This document shows, one piece after another, positions 18,841 to 22,435 of a DNA stretch of 22,435 nucleotides. The stretch is from assembly GCA_905178155.1 (NCBI GenBank), contig CAJINV010000025.1, positions 380,475-402,909 on the forward strand, read 5' to 3'. This DNA comes from Amoebophrya sp. A120. Lineage: Eukaryota > Protista > Dinoflagellata. Below the pieces are notes generated by a model that saw only the letters and a program-made list of their open reading frames with translations, was not told where the DNA came from and ran no database searches. The translations under genes and the position numbers were made by a program. Positions within the stretch are counted from its first letter, which is position 1. Every line of letters begins with the position of its first letter.

Positions 18841-19013
18841 TATCTTGGATTCTAGATTTAAATAAAAACAACCTATTCCGGGGGGGAGGTTGTTTTTATG
18901 TGTGGAGAAATTTAGAATCACGGCCACAGTGCAAGATCCTGAATTTCGTCGCACATAAAAACGACCTATGCCCGGGAATAGGCTGATCTTTTGCAAATCT
19001 AGAATCCAGGATA
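18841..19013. mobile_element. 173-bp foldback MITE-like element with TAT...ATA ends
   Basis: tatcttggattctagattt / aaatctagaatccaggata, with inner arms cctattcc.gg / ccgggaatagg and gtttttatgtg / cacataaaaac; flanks ttgca/tggga. Confidence 0.75.
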
Positions 19014-19031
19014 TGGGATCGAACGTCGGGC

Positions 19032-19290
19032 GAGCAGAGGTCGATTTTATGGCCGCGGAATTTTCGCGAAAACCGACTCAACCTGTTGGAAGCAGAGGTT
19101 GATTTTATCGTCGTGAAATTTCGCGGCCATAAAATCGACCTCTTGGAAGCAGAGGCTGATTTGATTGCTCCGAAATTTTCGCAGACACAGAGTCAACCTT
19201 TTGGAAGCAGAGGTTGATTTTATGGTCGCGAAATTTCCGGAGGCATAGAATCGACCTCCTGGAAGCAGAGGCTGATTCTATGGCCACGAA
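19032..19290. repeat. Minisatellite of 57-58-bp self-complementary units, ~4.5 copies
   Basis: (g)agcagagg recurs at 19032, 19089, 19146, 19204 and 19262. Units fold, e.g. gaggttgattttat...ataaaatcgacctc. Confidence 0.88.
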
Positions 19291-20346
19291 GTAGAAGCTT
19301 TTATATTTTCTACAGCCATTGGCTGGAGAAGACGCGGCCCAAAATGCGCATGCTTTGCCAGTTTTAGTTCAGGCCCTATGCCAGATTAAGGAAGCGCAAT
19401 GGACAGTGCTGGAGCACGGCTCGACCCAAGTGGTCTATGGGCGGACAAGATTAATCCTTGGAAACATCCATCACCCTGGCGCACAAGATTAATCCTTGGC
19501 AACCCGCTACCGGGCCTGCCATGTTCATCTTTCACGCCCGCGCCCGACGTTTTCGCGTCAGCGAGTTGCTGGGGAGTCGAGCGGAAGCCGGAGGCTCATT
19601 CTCTGGCACCGCTGGCGCAGTTAGTTGATAGCGAATACATCCTAGCGCTACCCCTTTGGCGAAGGGTCAGCCGAACGGATATGCGGCTGCACCAGAGCCG
19701 CGCGAATCCAGGCGCGCTGATTGTTTGCAATTCTGCAACTGGGCCAAACGCAGCGGCTGTAGCGCGCCGCAACTGGCTGCAGCCTCTCAATAGTGGCGGT
19801 CGGCAACTCTTTTTAGCGACCGGCGTGGCGCGTCTTCTTGCAATTTTAGGATGCGGAAAAGCAGGCCGCCAGCATTCGCCAAAGCCGGGGGCCATCCGTG
19901 AAAAGCCTCCAGGTGGCCTCCCGGCCAGCGCGCATGCACCCAAAAAGCGCAGCAAATCCGAGGAAAGCACCTCCACCGAGCGCTAGCCCACCGCGCAACA
20001 TGCCTAGTAGCTGTATTTCGCTGAGCATGTCCCGCTGCTCCAGAAACTCTTGGCCGTACTTCAGCCAGGTCGCAAAGCACCCGCCCACGGTTCCGGTGCG
20101 ATCGGGAAATACTGTCAGGCATCTTGGGTTCGCATAAAGATGTCGCATGAAGACCAATACCCCAAAGAAATACCCCTTGAAGGGGGTACTTGCTGGGGGT
20201 ATTCTTCATCGTTGTGCACCGAGCTGAGTCCAAAAATCCCGGGGGGTATTGATGAGGGTATTCGTGCGGGGTATTGCTTTGGGGTATCGCGTTGGGGTAT
20301 TGCTTTGGGGTATGCGTTTTCGCATTGGGTGAGCTTGGCGAAGGTG

Positions 20347-20535
20347 AAACGCGAGCGGGAAACTTCCACCATTGCAAAATCCCAATTTGTGTTTCACCCA
20401 AACCCGAGCGGGGAATTTCCATCATTGCAAATTGTAGCTTGCCTCTCACCCAAACCCGAGCGGGGAATTTCCATCATTGCAAATTGTAGCTTGCCTCTCA
20501 CCCAAACCCGAGCGGGGAATTTCCATCATTGCAAA
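20347..20535. repeat. 52-bp minisatellite, ~3.6 copies
   Basis: caaacccgagcggggaatttccatcattgcaaa at 20399, 20451 and 20503, with a diverged first copy at ~20347. Confidence 0.93.
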
Positions 20536-22185
20536 ATGGCGAGCGTCAATACTTTCAACTCCCCACACCGTCTGACTTCCAAACCCGAGGATTTGGCGGA
20601 TGGCTGGTCGCCTCGCCAACTCCTACGCGCGCGGAGACACATCCAGACGAAGCCTGGGCGCACCCTCGCGCCCAGTGCTGGAGCACGGCTCGACCCAAGT
20701 GGTCTATGGGCTCTCCCACAGTTTCGCTGTTAGTACTGATTTGGACCGACTTCAAAAATGTTAAGGAAATCGGAAAAAAATCCGCAAAAAATCCAGGCAC
20801 GCCGCAAAAAATCGACTTTGTGCCGTGGCTGCTAACGTCCACAGGCGAAGCAAAGTAGCGCGAAACGAAGTCGGTCGCCCGCGTTCTCGAAGCTCGAGAA
20901 TGCGCCAACTCGGTCTCACGGCAGTTTTTGCCGGTGTCCTGAGGCGTTAGGCCCCACCCTGGAGCGTCCGGGCTGCCAGAAAGATTCCCGCAGCCGGGTT
21001 GGGGGCGCCGGGTTGTCATGTTCCGCCCGGCGGGCGGTGCTCACAAAATCGATTTTGTGAGTACCCGCGGACAGATTCGATTTTTTGCGCACCCTTCGGG
21101 CACGCTTTTCGAAGATGCCCTATCCTCGGGCGGGGCCACACAATCCGCGCGTGGTCGCAAAATCGATTTTACCAACACAAAAGCCGGAAAATCCGGCAAA
21201 AGCTGCAAAATTGATTGCGTGGGGCGAAGTCGCAGAGGACGGGCCTCTGCCCGCCTTGGATCGATGTTTCGCCTTGGATTATCATTTTGCTCGGGACGCA
21301 ACACAAAACAGCTCGGATTTTTGCATGCGACACCTCGAGCGCGACTGCCTTCGGATTTTTTTTGGATTTTTGGCAGCAGCTTACCAACTGGATAGTAAGC
21401 AACTGCCTCCGCCGATGGTATGGACCAGGTTTAGTCCGATCTCGCTACTATTGAATAGTAATGGAGGCACAAAATCGATTTTCTGCTATTTTCTCGGAAG
21501 CACTATTTTCCGGAAGTCGGAAAATCCGGACCGCAGCGATCTCCCGAGATCTTTCCGGAAGTCCAGATCTCTCCGGAAAATCTAATGTCCGGCAAGGTGC
21601 CGACGTTGTCCATAGGGTTGAGGGGTTGCAGAATCGACTTTGTGGCCGGTAGGGCCCGTTGCCCGGCCGTACCTCATAGGGCGCGGGCTGGGACGGGGGT
21701 TGGTAAGGCATTGGCGTGGGAGACTGCATCCGCGAAGAAAGGGCGGACACACAAAATCGATTTTGTGGGAGATCCGCTAAAGCGCATAGCTGGAAGTTCG
21801 GCTCGACCCAAGTGGTCTATGGACGGACAAGAGCTGCGACGCGCGCAGCGGACGTCGCGGCGCGGTCCCTGCTGCGCGCCTCGCTGCTATGTATCTAGTA
21901 GTGCAAAAGACGCTGCGAAGGAGCGCAGATTATACGCCTTTACTTCAACATAGTACAGAGCCCCCGGAGTTCCACCACTCTGAAGGGTATAATAACCTTT
22001 TAAGAACATACGAAGTAAACAAGCTGTCAGCCCGTCAAGGGGCGCCAGCGCTCTGCTGGGGATAGATTTGGGGAGAATTTTGTGCTCGCGCCACGATCAT
22101 ATAGGTAGCAAACCCTCGTACCCAAATTACATCATGGATCTTCAGGTACCAACAGGGCGGAAGCGTTTCGCTTCGAGAGCGAGAC

Positions 22186-22435
22186 TATCAAATGTAAAAA
22201 TGTCTGGGTCTGGAAGAATGCAAGATTTGCGATGGAGGTTTTCCATGACCCATGAGGTCTAGAATGCGAGACCCAGCACGACAGATTCTTTGAGGTCTCT
22301 ATCATGCCTTTCCTGCATGAGAAACTTCCTCTCAACTTGGTCAAAAGCGGACAGCTTTTGGCACTCACGCAACACAGATTTTTGCATCATTTAGATTTAG
22401 CGTGACAAGTTCTAATCTTCCAGACCCAGACATTT
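22186..22435. mobile_element. Introner, family 1, inverted relative to 3635-3897; right TIR cut by the window edge
   Basis: Begins tatcaaatgtaaaaatgtctgggtctggaag; the window ends in cttccagacccagacattt; left flank gagac. Confidence 0.93.

Larger units (their letters stand above)
18132..21832. repeat. Array of four 34-47-bp direct repeats separated by three unrelated 1.1-1.24-kb cassettes
   Basis: cagtgctggagcacggctcgacccaagtggtcta at 18132, 19404 and 20673, and 5'-shortened at 21799. Periods are 1272, 1269 and 1113 bp. Backbone copy A has a single diverged copy at ~13070. Confidence 0.93.
13411..22165 (+). repeat. Backbone repeat, copy B, inflated to ~8.75 kb by nested insertions
   Basis: The same ordered blocks as copy A are found at 13411-13443, 15567-15677, 16467-16885, 17961-18165 and 21799-22165. 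Confidence 0.85.

Noticed and set aside
19310-19330. Dinoflagellate spliced-leader relic (cagccattggctgg)
   Set aside because: Only a partial match to CCGTAGCCATTTTGGCTCAAG; better explained as a short palindrome.
19399-20733. Long ORFs of 195-227 aa as genes
   Set aside because: They overlap on both strands, run through minisatellites and cassette borders, and show no recognisable domain. The minus-strand ORF 19846-20157 may be a decayed fragment but cannot be supported.
18132-21832. True CRISPR array
   Set aside because: Spacers exceed 1 kb, repeat ends vary, no cas genes are present and the context is eukaryotic. Only the architecture is analogous.
1370-22368. Recurring peptides SNVKMSGSGR, FQTQTFLHLI and KNVWVWK in many ORFs, suggesting a protein family
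   Set aside because: They are translations of the family-1 TIR in different frames, not protein motifs.

Overview
Eukaryotic, repeat-rich window in which the six-frame ORF track is almost entirely misleading, because the real coding sequence is cut into short exons by non-canonical introns. About 25 elements of 150-370 bp begin with TAT, end with ATA, have terminal inverted repeats (TIRs) and are flanked by 5-nt direct repeats (target-site duplications, TSDs). Removing each element plus one TSD copy at 12 successive sites in 1562-5817 rebuilds one uninterrupted 354-codon reading frame: a GT32 / Och1-Sur1-type glycosyltransferase lacking its 5' part. None of these 12 introns can be drawn as GT-AG, and one subfamily occurs in both orientations. 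From memory, the TAT-N7-AAA termini match the introners described for the parasitic dinoflagellate Amoebophrya sp. A120; this assignment needs checking. Bases 1-1325 are a 92-bp hairpin-forming satellite. From about 10.6 kb to the end there is a ~0.9-kb backbone repeat in tandem that has collected many insertions. These include introners, an 871-bp foldback element, a composite two-introner unit carrying an exon-like fragment, a captured membrane-protein gene fragment, and unrelated ~1.0-1.25-kb cassettes each bracketed by a 34-48-bp duplication of the target, three of them stacked at one site.
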